From positions 124,001 to 188,000 of the forward strand of contig CAJNYD010000225.1 of NCBI GenBank assembly GCA_905331295.1: a stretch of DNA of 64,000 nt. The letters run 5' to 3'. The DNA is from Rotaria socialis. Its lineage: Eukaryota. Under the pieces are notes generated by a model. It saw only the letters and a program-made list of their open reading frames with translations, was not told the origin of the DNA and did not search any database. Numbering within the stretch: the stretch's first letter is position 1; every line of letters starts with the position of its first letter. Made by a program: the position numbers and the translations under genes. This document shows positions 39,402-52,589 of the stretch, one piece after another.

Positions 39402-40290
39402 ATGAATCGATTTAATATTCGAACAGTTAATGGCTCTAGGCATAATGGTCTTCTTGAACATCGTTATATTAAAATACAAAATCGTGCGGCTGCAGCTCTT
39501 GGTGCATTAGATGAAGATGGTGAATCTCTAGAACTTATTGCTCATCTCCATCGGCTCTCAATTGAGCAAATAAAAAAAGACTTGTATGGTGAACCATCTG
39601 ATATAAAAAATGGATTTGATATTCGATCAAGTAATAAATTAGAGGAAACCCTTAAAACGTGCTTAAAAGAAATAAATAAAAGAGTAAATAATGCTTTGGT
39701 AGCTGTTGTATATCATGTACCATACACACTTTTATGCTCTGTTGAAAATAATAATAATAACCCGTGTAAAAAAATTTAGGGTAGAAATCAGATTAAAATC
39801 GATTGAAAAATGATTGAAAATCGACTATAATCGTACACCTTTAATCGATCTTTAATCGACTGGGAATCGATTATAATCAAAAATAATCCAAAAAACAAAA
39901 TTTTCATCGATTATTCCTATTATTTTCGATTATAATCGATTAAAAATTTATGAAAAAATCGATTATAATGGATGCAAAGCGAAGAAAATTCCTTAAAAAT
40001 TTTGCCATTTTTCATGTACGAAAATCGATTATAATCGATGAAAATTTTGTTTTTTGGATTATTTTTGATTATAATCGATTCCCAATCAATTAAAAATCGA
40101 TTAAAGGTGTACGATTATAATCGATTTTCAATCATTTTTTCAATCGATTTTAATCCGATTTCTACCCTAAATTTTTTTACATGGGAATATAAAAGAAGCA
40201 GCAGCAAAATTTTTAATTGATATAAGAAAAAAAACAAATTGTTTAAATCTAGCAACAGTTGAAAAACTAATGATGCTAACGAATCTTTGG
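39402..40290 (+). pseudogene. Intronless unknown gene disrupted by MITE insertions
   Basis: ORF 39402-39760 continues in frame after removing the 39761-40185 element and one copy of its AA duplication (..VENNNN-IKEAAAKFLIDIRKKTNCLNLATVEKLMMLTNLW). It is then cut by the element at 40293. Confidence 0.6.
39761..40185. mobile_element. Fold-back MITE with CCC/GGG termini and 2-bp TSD (CMC/EnSpm-like)
   Basis: CCCGTGTAAAAAAATTTAGGGTAGAAATC ... GATTTCTACCCTAAATTTTTTTACATGGG, many AATCGATT internal repeats, AA on both flanks. Confidence 0.9.
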
Positions 40291-40292
40291 AT

Positions 40293-40670
40293 CAGTGTAA
40301 AGGTAGCACGACGGAGCTAGCATGATGAAACAGAGATTCAACTATAAGTCTTCTCAGGAGTATTGCCGGCCCATAAAAGCCAGACCATTCGGTGCAGAAT
40401 TTAATTCTGGATCGGATGGTGATACTTTTATTCCCCGGCAATACTTTGAGAAAATTCTATCCGGTTTTTCTTGTCCTATTTAGAAGAAAACAAAGGTGTA
40501 GGTAACATTTTTTCCTAAGTATTGCCGGGGAATAAAAGTATCACCATCCGATCCAGAATTAAATTCTGCATCGAAGGGTCTGGTTTTTATGGGCCGGCAA
40601 TACTTCTGAGAAGACTTATAGTTGAATCTCTGTTTCATCGTGCTAGCTCCGCCGTGCTAGCTTCACACTG
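40293..40670. mobile_element. Fold-back MITE with CAGTG termini
   Basis: CAGTGTAAAGGTAGCACGACGGAGCTAGC ... GCTAGCTCCGCCGTGCTAGCTTCACACTG, ~155-bp arms, AT on both flanks. Confidence 0.9.
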
Positions 40671-41007
40671 ATGCGCGATAAACGAAAAAGGTGTCAATAG
40701 CAATAAGCAACAAGAGAGAACAACACAGAGACGAAATAAACATACATGATATAACAAATATCAAGACTAGATCAGTGACATTGCTGTCGTTACAAGGGGG
40801 TATAAATACATGATGAGTAATATCGGGCATACAATTAATCTATCATGAATGAGAGGAAAGAAATAAAAAAACAAAATATGTGAATAGAGCCAAAAAAAAA
40901 AGAAAAATTCTTATTCACATCTATAGCGCATATACTATTTTTCATTACTCATCTTATTCACGATTATTCCAACAGTGTTGGCAGTGTTATTGCATCTAGC
41001 AAAAAGG

Positions 41008-41811
41008 ATGTCTCTGCTTTTTCTATTTTGTCTTCTATTGTCATCATTCAACTATGTTAGAAGTCAAAATTATCCATATGATTCAACATGTAATTGTACA
41101 TCGATATCATCGAATGGTAATATTTGTCTTCAATATACTTGTCTAACAATTAAACGTGTTGCACAATGTTTTCCTGGTCGAAGTATCGTTATAACAGAAA
41201 ATGGTTTAATGAAATCTTTATCAGATTTAAAAAAAGGTGACCGTGTTCTCGTTATGAATAAAGATAATACATTGATGTATGAACCTATCGAAGGATTTAT
41301 TCATTTGAAACGAGATGGTTTATTTGATTTTTTATTAATTAACATAAAAATTGACGATCATAAAAACACTACAACATCTTTATTTATATCATTGAATCAT
41401 TTAATATTTTTAGCAAATGATACAGAACTAAAATCTGCCATATTTGCTAGTCAACTTCATGTTGACGATCGTATAAAATATTTGCATCATAATCAAATTG
41501 TAGCGGCAAAAATTGAAAGTATTTATTTAACGAAGGAAGAAGGTTTCTATGCACCGTTAACACCATCAGGCACGATCATCATTGATAACGTTGTAGTTTC
41601 CAATTATGCAACTGTTAGTAATCATCAGTTGGCTCATTATGTTATGAATATATATCGCTGGTGGACTCATCTATTTGGATCCAATGAAAATAATGAAAAT
41701 GTTCATTGGACATTACAATTAATTGAAAGAATAGTGAAATGGTATGGTATTGAAAAATTCAGTCAAACATCAACGTTCGATGGTGTATTTCAGGTGTCTG
41801 GATTTCTTTGA
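41008..41811 (+). CDS. Secreted hedgehog-related Hog (Hint plus sterol-recognition-like) protein with a short Cys-rich N-peptide, intronless
   Basis: Signal peptide, a 34-aa peptide, then CFPG....L.DLKKGDRVL, ISLNHLIF, IFASQL..DD, EGFYAPLTPSGTIIIDNVVVSNYA and H.LAH. These are hallmark Hint/Hog motifs. No Hedge domain. Confidence 0.9.
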   Translation: MSLLFLFCLLLSSFNYVRSQNYPYDSTCNCTSISSNGNICLQYTCLTIKRVAQCFPGRSIVITENGLMKSLSDLKKGDRVLVMNKDNTLMYEPIEGFIHLKRDGLFDFLLINIKIDDHKNTTTSLFISLNHLIFLANDTELKSAIFASQLHVDDRIKYLHHNQIVAAKIESIYLTKEEGFYAPLTPSGTIIIDNVVVSNYATVSNHQLAHYVMNIYRWWTHLFGSNENNENVHWTLQLIERIVKWYGIEKFSQTSTFDGVFQVSGFL

Positions 41812-43125
41812 ATAGTGGGTTCCTCTTTTTAAATGAACTTTTGATAAAATATTTTTAATAAATTTCCTTGGTTTCACATACTTCAATTGAAATCAATGGC
41901 TTTTCTTCATGTAATAAATCACTTGCAATAACTACAGAAAAAAACACTTTTTCTAGAGAAAGAATTATTTCCTCTACAATCAATATCATAATACAAAAAC
42001 GTAGCATTAGCCTTCCGACGACGATTAATACAAACATTTAGTGAATCGGTTACCTTTACAATCAAACAGAACTATTTTTTTAGGAAAATTTTAGGCATTT
42101 TTCGATATTTACTATACAATTAACAGAAATAACATATGCTATATTCTAATTTTAAGATTTTATTTTCGTATTATAGAACTTTGATTGCAATCTCTCATAA
42201 CACGAATCAATAGTATATTGATCGGCAGATTTTATTTTTTTGTAAAAATAAGAAAAAAGATTCTCTTTTTCTTGTGGTATTTTTTCCTTTTCCTCTGTCG
42301 ATGTGTCTTGTTATATTGTGCCTATCGTCGGAATGATGACTGTCGTCATTTCAATCGTGCTCAATCTCGGCCGACGTGTTACTATAAAAAAAAAAAGAAG
42401 AACAAGAAACTTCCACTCTTTCTCTTTGCCAATGCTTGCAAGAGCAGAACTATCTAACAACAAATTGTGTCTTTTTCGGCGTAATCTCTACGACGCTCTT
42501 ATATAAAAAAAATCTGTAATCAAATAAATAAATTGTCTAGCTACTATTGCAAGGAAAACCTTCTTAGTTAAACCGCGAGTGAACGCATTTTTGATAGAAT
42601 GGAATGATAGTGCATCATTAGAAGAAAACGAGCAAAGAGAAAAAATAGAGATGAAGAAAAAAAACTGAGCCACCAAAGAAAATAACATGATGCTCATTGT
42701 GATAGAAGTAGAATTGAGATAAAGAAACGGAAACAAACATTACCCGTAGTCGAATACAAACATACGATCAACCAACTCGTAAGTTAAGTCTAATGAATTG
42801 TTGACAGAAAATTAATCGAGAAGAAAAGTTTGTACACATGATTGGAAAAATATTTGCAACGACAAAGCAACACAATCCTGTTTTTCTATTCTTAACAATT
42901 CATGAGCCATGTTATCTTTCTACAGTGCTCGACAAATATATTTTTTTTCTATTCGCTTTCTCTACTTCAATTAACTTCCTTTTCCCAAAACAAAAGCTTC
43001 CGGTTAAAAGTTACGCGTCGTTCGAATTTATAAGAAAGTCACCAAGGAATATATAGACTGTTATTATTTTATTATTGTCAGTAGTATTTTTCATATTGAT
43101 AAGTATGATATATTCATTTTAGAAA

Positions 43126-45151
43126 ATGGTGGTACATCTTGGTGGCCTTGCGTCCGTCGTTGTTTTTTATGTTCTCATATTGCTTGTCGGAATATGGGCC
43201 GGACGAAAACAAAAATCCTCCGAAAAATCACCCGATACAGAGGAGATCATGCTAGCTGGCAGAAATATTGGTTTACTGGTTGGAATATTTACAATGACAG
43301 CAACATGGGTTGGTGGAGCATATATTAATGGCACGGCTGAACAAGTTTTTTCGACAGGTCTTCTTGCATGTCAAGCACCATTAGGTTATGCTATTAGTTT
43401 AGTTGTTGGCGGCTTATTATTTGCACGACCTATGCGTAATGCTGGATATGTTACCATGCTTGATCCATTTCAACGTAAATATGGCCAACGAATGGGTGGA
43501 TTACTATTTATACCGGCATTATTAGGAGAAGTATTTTGGTCAGCAGCTATTCTATCAGCATTAGGAGCAACAATTAGTGTTATTTTTACGGATGTTTCAA
43601 CCGTAGCATCAATTATTATCTCAGGTAAAAATGTTCAACAAATTAATAACAGCGAAACTAAATATATATTTTTATATGTTTAGCCACTGTAGTTATTATT
43701 TATACACTATTCGGCGGATTGTATTCGGTAGCTTATACAGATGTTGTTCAATTGGGATTTATTTTTGTTGGTCTTTGGGTTACGATTCCGTTTGCTATGC
43801 AACATGTAGGTGTTGGCGATATTGTTGCTACATGGCCTGAATGGCGTGGACATATTGAAAAATCTCAAATTGTTGAATGGATTGATAGTATGTTATTATT
43901 AGTCTTTGGTGGAATACCATGGCAGGTAAAAAATAGTACCTAGGTTTTTTTTCGTTTACTTATGATATTGCATGTAAGAAATAGTGTGAAGTCAATTAAT
44001 TTTAATTCTCACAATTTTTGTCTCTTGTATTAAAGCCACTTGAATAATAAATGTTCTATCTTATTTTGTTATTTTTTAAGGTCTATTTCCAACGTGTTCT
44101 ATCAGCTAAAACAGCTAGCAAAGCGATGTTTCTGTCATTTTATGCTGCTATTGGTTGCATTGTATTGGCCATACCACCTGTCTTAATTGGAGCTATTGCT
44201 AAATCTACAAGTCAGTTAATATTTTCAATATATTTAATATGTATACAGATATTTATTTTTACTATTATCACTAGATTGGACAATGACAGATTACGATGTC
44301 GAGAAAGATATAACATCACCGGAAGCAACGAAATTAATTCTACCATTAGTTCTTCTACATTTATGTCCAAAATTTGTTGCGTTCATTGGATTAGGTGCTG
44401 TTTCTGCTGCGGTTATGTCTAGTGCAGATTCTAGTGTACTGAGCGCAAGTTCAATGTTTGCCCGAAATGTATGGAAACTTGTTTTTCGTGATCAAGTAAA
44501 TAAATAAATAATCTATATTATTTTTAAAAGAATTTCTCTTATCGAAAATTTCTTTGATTTTAACTTTGATAGGCATCTGAACGAGAAGTTTTGCTTGTAA
44601 TGCGTATCGGAATACTTTTGGTTGGAATTGGAGCTGCTGGAATCGGTATTCTTGTATCGTCAATTTATGTTCTTTGGTATTTATGTTCGGATCTTGTTTA
44701 TGTCATACTGTTTCCGCAATTACTTTGTGTTGTTTATGTACCAAATTCAAATACTTATGGTTCATTAGCAGCATATATAACAGGTTTTCTTTTTCGTTTT
44801 CTGATTGGTGAATCCTCATTAGGTATTCCAAAATTTATTAATTTTGGTCCATATATTCCACCAAAAACGTTATGCATGCTTATAAGTCTTTCAACAACAT
44901 TGATCATTTCTTATACAGCTAAATATGTTTTGGAGAAACGTATTTTACCACCTAAATATGATATATTTCATTGTCTGGTCGATATACCAAATGAAATTTT
45001 ACCATTAAAAGAAAGTGCAACAACCGAAGAATTACAATATAAAGTTATTCGACCAACAACAGGACAACAATATTTAACTGAGCCAGCAATGATGATCAAT
45101 AGCTCGTTTTCTGAAAGTCAAGAAGTTTTAAGTTCTTATGCAAGAAATTAA
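43126..45151 (+). CDS. SLC5A7: High-affinity choline transporter (exons 43126-43624, 43684-43925, 44081-44210, 44275-44495, 44573-45151)
   Basis: Motifs [72 protein letters not shown] and [17 protein letters not shown]. Confidence 0.96.
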
Positions 45152-45648
45152 TTATTGTATTCAACGTAGGTATTCATATAGTGTTATCCCCGCGTCGGTG
45201 AATATTGTTTTATTGGTTTCGCTTGTTTCTTTGCTCTACTTACATATCATTAAATTCATAGTCAAAAATCAATGGTAAACTAAATAAATACTATATTTTG
45301 TGGAGGTATTTCTAAAATTTAATTTACCTTTTGTCAGTAGTCAGATGACTAACGATTGCAAATTTTACATATCAAATTTCGCCTCTCGCAAAATAATTAC
45401 ATACATATCAAAAAATAAATCGTCTCCTTTTTTTGGTTTTGTTTGATGTTGTATTTTCCCTATCATTTCCCTTCGATTTTATTTCTAAAATAAACAAGTT
45501 CTTTTTTCTCTTCACCACACGATTAAATTTTATTCCCTTTTCTAAACGAAAGGGTGCTAACTTGCAAAACATAATATTAGATAAGCTATAAATGCATTCT
45601 TGTCTTTTTATCAGCATAATTAGAACAATGAAATTTAAAAAATATCTT

Positions 45649-46853
45649 CTAGTGATAATGATTGACGGCCACTGTAGTTGATATTAAGCTATCATGATGA
45701 TTTAACATCCAATTGTATGTTTTATATGAGATATGTAAATTATCTTTTGAATTTTGTCGCTCAAGTAATGTTCTAAGTAATGACTGTTTTGGTTCATCAA
45801 TATATTTTGTTAACCATCTAAAATATAATGAGGAAAAAAAAATGAGTTACAAGCATAATTAGTTTATTAACCTTAAAACATCGATCTCTGATCGACCGAA
45901 ATCATTTTTATACCAAAGAAATAGTTTTGATAGACGTATTTCACAATTTTCAAGTATAATATCAATTTCTGAATTACAATAAGAAGTTGTTGCCATGTTT
46001 AAAGCTTTTTCGATATTGCTCGATGAGTAAATACTAATTGGTGGACATGAGTGTGCACCACAGTTAAGTGCAAAATGAATGCGTGGATCACAACGACGCA
46101 TAGAATACTTTGCACGAGGATCATTGAATGTAAAATGACGTTGAGTACAGTTTGAATGTGGTTTATTACCTACGATAAAAGAAAAGTTTCACGAAGATTA
46201 TTTTGTACTTCGTCGAAACAAACCTCGTAAAATACCATGTTCAATATCATCTAATGAATATAGATGGGGACCAATTTGATATGATGTTGTTTTCCAAAAT
46301 TGATTTAAATCAAGAACAGATTTTGGCCTATCATTTAATGACACAATGCCATGAATTGTTAACAAATTATAAACATCTTAGAATCGAGAAAAGAATAGCG
46401 TAATGTTATTGTTTTTTTTTCTTAAGAAATATAATAATAATTACTGATGAAAAATGTTTTACGTTCATTTTCTGTGACATTGTCAAGAGTAATGGTCGTT
46501 AAATGTTTTGCCATTTCACATAAATCATGATAAATATTACTTGTACGTAATTGACAATAGTTCACCAGACGGCCAGATGGATCAATAAACATCGATTTTA
46601 GACTAAAATATTAAGAAATATAAACAAGATAATATTTTTTTCTATTTATTTACCTAAGCATTTTCTGTTGTATTTCAATAGATACTTTAACAGTATTATA
46701 AGCATTTTTTGATCGTGTTTCATTTTCATCTTTGCCTATTGTTCCATCGGTCATTATGGATTTACTGGTGGTTAAACTTTGTAATGGTGACCAATTAAGT
46801 ACATTAAGTAAATGAGTATTTTCAGTTGCATGAGAAGATGCTGTCGAACACAT
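45649..46853 (-). CDS. DUF547 domain protein, multi-exon; start uncertain
   Basis: Motifs FFINVYNLLTIHG, FSLDDIEHGILRGN, DPRIHFALNCGAHSCPPI and LSKLFLWYKNDFG. Confidence 0.88.
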
Positions 46854-49800
46854 CCCATTGACTACTTTGACTCGATCTAATTTGATCATAGACAACAAGA
46901 ACAAAAAAGAAGTAATATTCGATGACATCAGCAATCAAGTAAAAAAAATAATCTTATTTTCTTTTTATTCTCTTGCTGTCGTCCATCGAATAGAATTCTC
47001 ATCGACGCAATCATCAATATATTCATTTGTTAAGGTTGAAAGACTCTTAGTCTTACTCTCAATACAAATCAGATCAACATGCAATAGAATTAAAATTAGG
47101 TATTAAACAAGAAATCCATTAAGATAACATTCGCCACGAATTTCCTTGGTAGATCCATAGAACATAAAGATATGTCAAATAACTAATGTAACAGCATGAT
47201 ATGAATAATTATAGTAATATGCATGTGCCATATAAGAAATAATGAACTTTTATCTAATTAGTCAACATGTTGAGATCTCAAATGGCGAATGATTAACGGA
47301 AAAACAAGAAGTGCTAATGACATTTCCATCTAAATGATTGTACTGACTCCAAAAAACAGAACAGAAAAGAAAACAATACTCGACGAACTTAAAAACACAG
47401 GTACTAGCTATGTACAACGAAAAATTGTAGTTTTTCAACATCTCATTACAATATCATTTTATTACATACGGAATCATTCATAAATATATAATTAGGAAAA
47501 TATCTAATGTTGAAACTTAGCTCATAATCAAATGTACATGTTGTCGTACATTCTTTATTTTGTCATATGGAAACAGAAAAGAAAAAGACAATAAAATGTT
47601 TCTTTTGATATGTTTCTCGGAAAACTCATGATAATGCAAGTTTCTTCATTCATAACAATAATACACTTCAACTAATAACAAAATAAAGAAAAAAATGAAG
47701 CTAAGAAAAGACAAAAATCAACTAATTGAGTTACCCATGAATCAATCATCAACTATCTATCTACGTATTCTATAGTATAATGAAAATGAATGGATTTCAA
47801 AAAAAAAACAATGAAAAAAAGACTATGCAAGTGAAAAAGAACATGTAGCATGCCATCAAAATTTTTAATCATAGACAGTTTACTAGCAAAACATATGCAT
47901 ACACGTATACTTACAAAAAGGTCTTGCACTATTTGATCGGTCATAACGAGCCATATTTGCAAACACTTTGTTTTCGAAATTATTTTTACTTCAATTTTTG
48001 ACGTTTGTTTTCCCTGCCGTTTTTACTAATAGGCTTCCATCAATAGGCATTATTGAAACGTCAATTACTCTACGAACATTTAACGGATCCAAAATCGTTT
48101 AAATGGTACCCGAATATGTCAAATAGAGAAAGAACTTGTTTTATATAGAGAGAAAATCCAATGATAGCACTTCTTTTTATTTTTCTTCTCTATATCTATC
48201 TATTTGCTTATTTCTCTCTGTCTCTGTCTTTTGGCGTTATGATGCTGATCACCATCACCTTTTTCTTATTCGTCTTTGGCTGCGCTACTATTGACTGTAA
48301 CGAATGTCGTCTTCAGCATGTAAGCAAATGATAGATGGACGGAAAATGAGTGCACTATACAATCGAATAAACTTCAGGATAGTAGTATGTAAGAAAGGCG
48401 GAAAAGGATGAGCACATCGACAAGAGGTCTGATGAGAAAAAAAGAAGAATAAAACAAGAGCCGAGATGCATGTCAACCAAATCAATTTCATTTGTATGTC
48501 GTTCATCGTTTGACTAATCATTGCCATCATCAGTACGGAACATCGGCAATGCATATTATTATAATGGCAAATAAATATACATGTACATAAAAGCCAGAAG
48601 ATTAAAAATAAATTGATAAGATCTTCTTTTAAACATTAGTATGGATTCATTACGGAGTAGATATCAAAGCCATAATACGTTATTAGTTGTACTAATGACG
48701 ATTTAGTTCATCCATCAAAACAAATTCAGTACTATGGCTAGATGACAAAAAATAATACTAAGGATTTATTCATCAGGAAAAGCGTTCCGTTCTTTTTAAA
48801 TATTTTTCTTAATAGAAAGTAGATCCGATGTATTAGGAATAGCATGATTATTGAGACGACTTTATTTAGTCAACATTATACGAAAAAAAATTTCATTCGA
48901 ATAAGTATCTCCTCTAAAACAACGGGAAATAAAACACACAGAAATCTCTAGAGATCAGCATCAAATCTTAGGATTCTAATCGGATTTGCAATGTGCCTCG
49001 ATGGATTCAATCCAGTTTTAAGTCTCTGGTCGACTTTTTCTTCGAAAATGATAATAAAACTGCCATTAATAATAGATTAGGGTTTTTTTTCAATTAGCTC
49101 ATCTTCTAAGCAATGAAAACTTAATTTTTCTCAAATTCAATAAAATAATAAATATAGAAGCAACTATATTCTAGTCCCATAGATCATACAAAAAGATGAT
49201 CAGTTTTTGCGTTTGTTTTTTACAATCATATTTCATTCAAGCAGAAAAAAAAAAATTTTTGAATGAGTTTTAATTAACACGTAAATATTCAACGATCTCT
49301 GCGATAAAAAAGAAAGCTAGAAAAAAAAGATATGTATATTTATTACAAATTTTCAAAAATTTACAGAATATGTTTTAAGGTCTTGTATATTATTTACGAA
49401 ACATTCTAATCTATTTGAAATCTTGGTAATAACAGTATATCAATCGACGATCAAAAGACATTTATATGTCAAACACATGAATGAAAAAGCAATTCCATTA
49501 AAGAAAATAGTTCGTTAATGGCCCCGTCCCCCTTGAAACAGTCGATTTTTTCGAAAGGATTACAGCTTGAGTTTTTATCATGGATAGATGCTTCAAAGTC
49601 TCCTCTTTCAAAATATATACAGAATTTTTAAAAAAATTCAACTTTAAGGGATTTATCGAAAAAATGCTAAGCCGTACTGTCTTGTTTTTCGGGAAAAGAC
49701 AAGTGGCGGTAAGGTCATTTTTTGACCGAACTGTTTTCTGAAAAAATAGTTACATGATCGGAATCAGTATAAAATTCTGAACATGATAGTGCACTTTTTT

Positions 49801-52589
49801 TGTAAAATCATTTTACCTTGGTCACCCTACCGAAAATCAAATTTTGTTTTTCTTTTTTTTCGGGATTTGATCTAGACATAGCTTACTCAGTACATTGATC
49901 ACGAATATGAAGTTTGTTTTTCATAAAAATGTTGTTCGAATAAAAAAAAGTGGCAGTTCCCGATCCGACGACGATTTTTTTTACCGTGCTTCGCAGATAT
50001 CTGCCTTGCAATTAAAGAAATCAGTTCAGGCAAGAAGAAATACAATGAATATGTGCAGAAATGATAGCTCTATCGATTCCATTCAATTGAAAGGGTTAAA
50101 AGCAATGCTAGTTATGTTTAATAGGTTAAAAACTCTCATTTCATATTCATAAGTATAGGTGCGTTGGTTGAAAGAATAGAGTTAATACCAAAGATCGTTT
50201 ATAGGTGGAGAGAGTTGATATCATTCATGACATCATCAAAAAGGTTCAGTATAAAAATATAATGTAGAAATCCTTTTTCGGGTTTAAACAAAAAAATGAT
50301 TCCTACATTTATTTATCGGTTTTCTCAAAACAAGGTTTTTTGCCAGAAAAAATGAAACTAGTTTCAAGCGATTTAAGGTATTGAGGTTCTTTTTTAATTT
50401 TGAATCTTCAAGTGTAAGTAACATCTTGTCCGATCAGATTTTTTATATTTGATTCCTGAACTTAAAATAATCGGATTTTATAACAACACGTAGCCATTTT
50501 TAGTCAAATTTTGACCCCTATTCCAGTAGAATACTTACAAAACATGAACTAAAGCAAATTTTAAAATTCCGTTCTGTCAAAAGTTGTGTATTGGTGCTGG
50601 TTTTAATTTAGAACAAGCACGACTTTTATAGTTCTCCTACTGGCAGAGTCTTAGGGACTCTCCAGGCGGCCATAATTCGTATGTATATAATCCATATTTT
50701 CGGCTCAGTTCCATATATCGAGCTAAACGTTTTATCACGACTGTTTCTAATGAAGACCAGTCATCCCTGAAAATTTCAGCTCGAACGAACCTTTCTAAGT
50801 GACAGCTAAGATCTGAGAGGGGGGCGGCCTCAAGGGAGGGATTCAATCAGTTCTCTACTAAGCTATTTTCTCCATAGTCTATTAAAAGGCCAGAAGTCAA
50901 TTTCGACTAAAATCAGACTACTAGATCTCAGTGTGACTCCATACAACTAATTTTACATTCGATACAATCTATTCTTTATAGGCTTCTGCTAGGCTCTATT
51001 TCTATGAAACATTGTCTCTCGTGTGCAGCTCTTGTCAGTTAAAACATATGTCAAAGCAAAATTTTGTTTCTTCCATTTTTGAACAGACACATTGGATCAT
51101 TATGGAATATTTTTCTATTCCATTTTTCATTAGACGATATTCGTCATTCTTATATGAAACATGATGACAAACATAATGAAACTCTGATCGCTTCAATTCT
51201 GTTGCCAAAATAATTATTTATTTTACATTATATATCATTCGATAGAATTTTTCAAAGATCTACAAAACAGATCCCACTGAGTTGACTGTGATGTATGACA
51301 AAAGATTTTGTACTTGAGCGTATTATATTCCGGAATGCGAAAATTTTCTTTTATACTACTATTTGATTCATTTTGGTCAGAATATTAATGTTTCCTATTA
51401 AAATCAATGATGTATTGGGAATTAACATTTGCTTTTGAACGAATTTATTGATGTTAGAAAATCTTCAAACTAGACTTGATATTCAATCGAGCCGAATATC
51501 AATAATAAAAAAACAGAAACTTATGGTTTCGATAAACCTTCTGTAGTTAGTTTGCATGGTAGTTTTTACATAGCTGAAAGTCTATCTCTAGCTACATTCA
51601 CAACTGAATTGAGCCGACTAGGGGTTTGTCTTGCTTGTCAGTTGATGGTATATAGGGAATGAACAACGCCATGTGAAAAAAAAGAGAAAAGAACAACATC
51701 TAATGATTATCCAATGTGTCAGTTGGTAGATGAGAGATAGTGAGCTTTCATTCTAAACGTCAGTCAAGTTAAAATGATTGAAGGACATAAACAAACTTTC
51801 GATACAAATATAACATTATATAATACATTTGAATGATGTTTCCCAAATGATAATTGACTCTTGATATTAAACTTGACTACTGAGCGAATAATAAACTTTT
51901 TTTTTGCAAAAGAATATTAATTTCATCCCTTGATTAGCATCTTCTTGTTTTTTTTTCGAAACATAACATGTAAGACTCTTATGTATGCATAAAATAGCAT
52001 GCATTATTTTCACAGGATCATATCGCGTGTAAGACTGTTTGAGTGTTCAATGTAATCTAATTGAATAATAAATAGAATTTCTTTAAATTTTATATATCAA
52101 TGCACAAAATTTTCAGACTTTGGTTCTTTGTATGGCTATGTATATCATATGCGTAGTTCTTCAAAATTTATCACCAGTATATTATTTTCAAGCTTTTACT
52201 CATTTTGTTAATTTTTATATTAATTCCCAAATAGGATTTAGTATCTGTGCGCATCGATTATCTCAAAAGTAACAAATGATCATCAATTTTTCTTGCTTTG
52301 ACACGATTTCTAATGTTAGCTGCTGTTCGAATAGCGAAGAAATTTATATTTGAAAAGTAAACTAAATATATTTTGAATAAATAGCAATGAATACTTGGTG
52401 GAGATGTAGTGAGCTCAATGTTTAATTATCAAATACAAAATGTAGATCAAATATTCATATCGATAATTAGTAGTCAATAGATTTTATCTATCTGTACGAT
52501 AGTTTTGATATTTATTTGAATATAATTTATAATAGGTACGATAAGCAAATGAATTAGATACGCACAAAAACAAGAACATAAAATTCTAG

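Noticed and set aside
41008..41811. Canonical hedgehog gene or a true intein
   Set aside because: There is no Hedge signalling domain, and the Hint is followed by an SRR-like tail rather than a His-Asn splice junction plus C-extein.
11979..45151. Functional neuronal cluster (Prop/unc-42, neprilysin, choline transporter)
   Set aside because: The genes are far apart, separated by an assembly gap and unrelated DNA; nothing in the sequence supports co-regulation.
47200..52500. Short ORFs and possible repeat fragments (e.g. ~49515-50850)
   Set aside because: No motifs, splice-consistent models or matching termini could be established; treated as intergenic.
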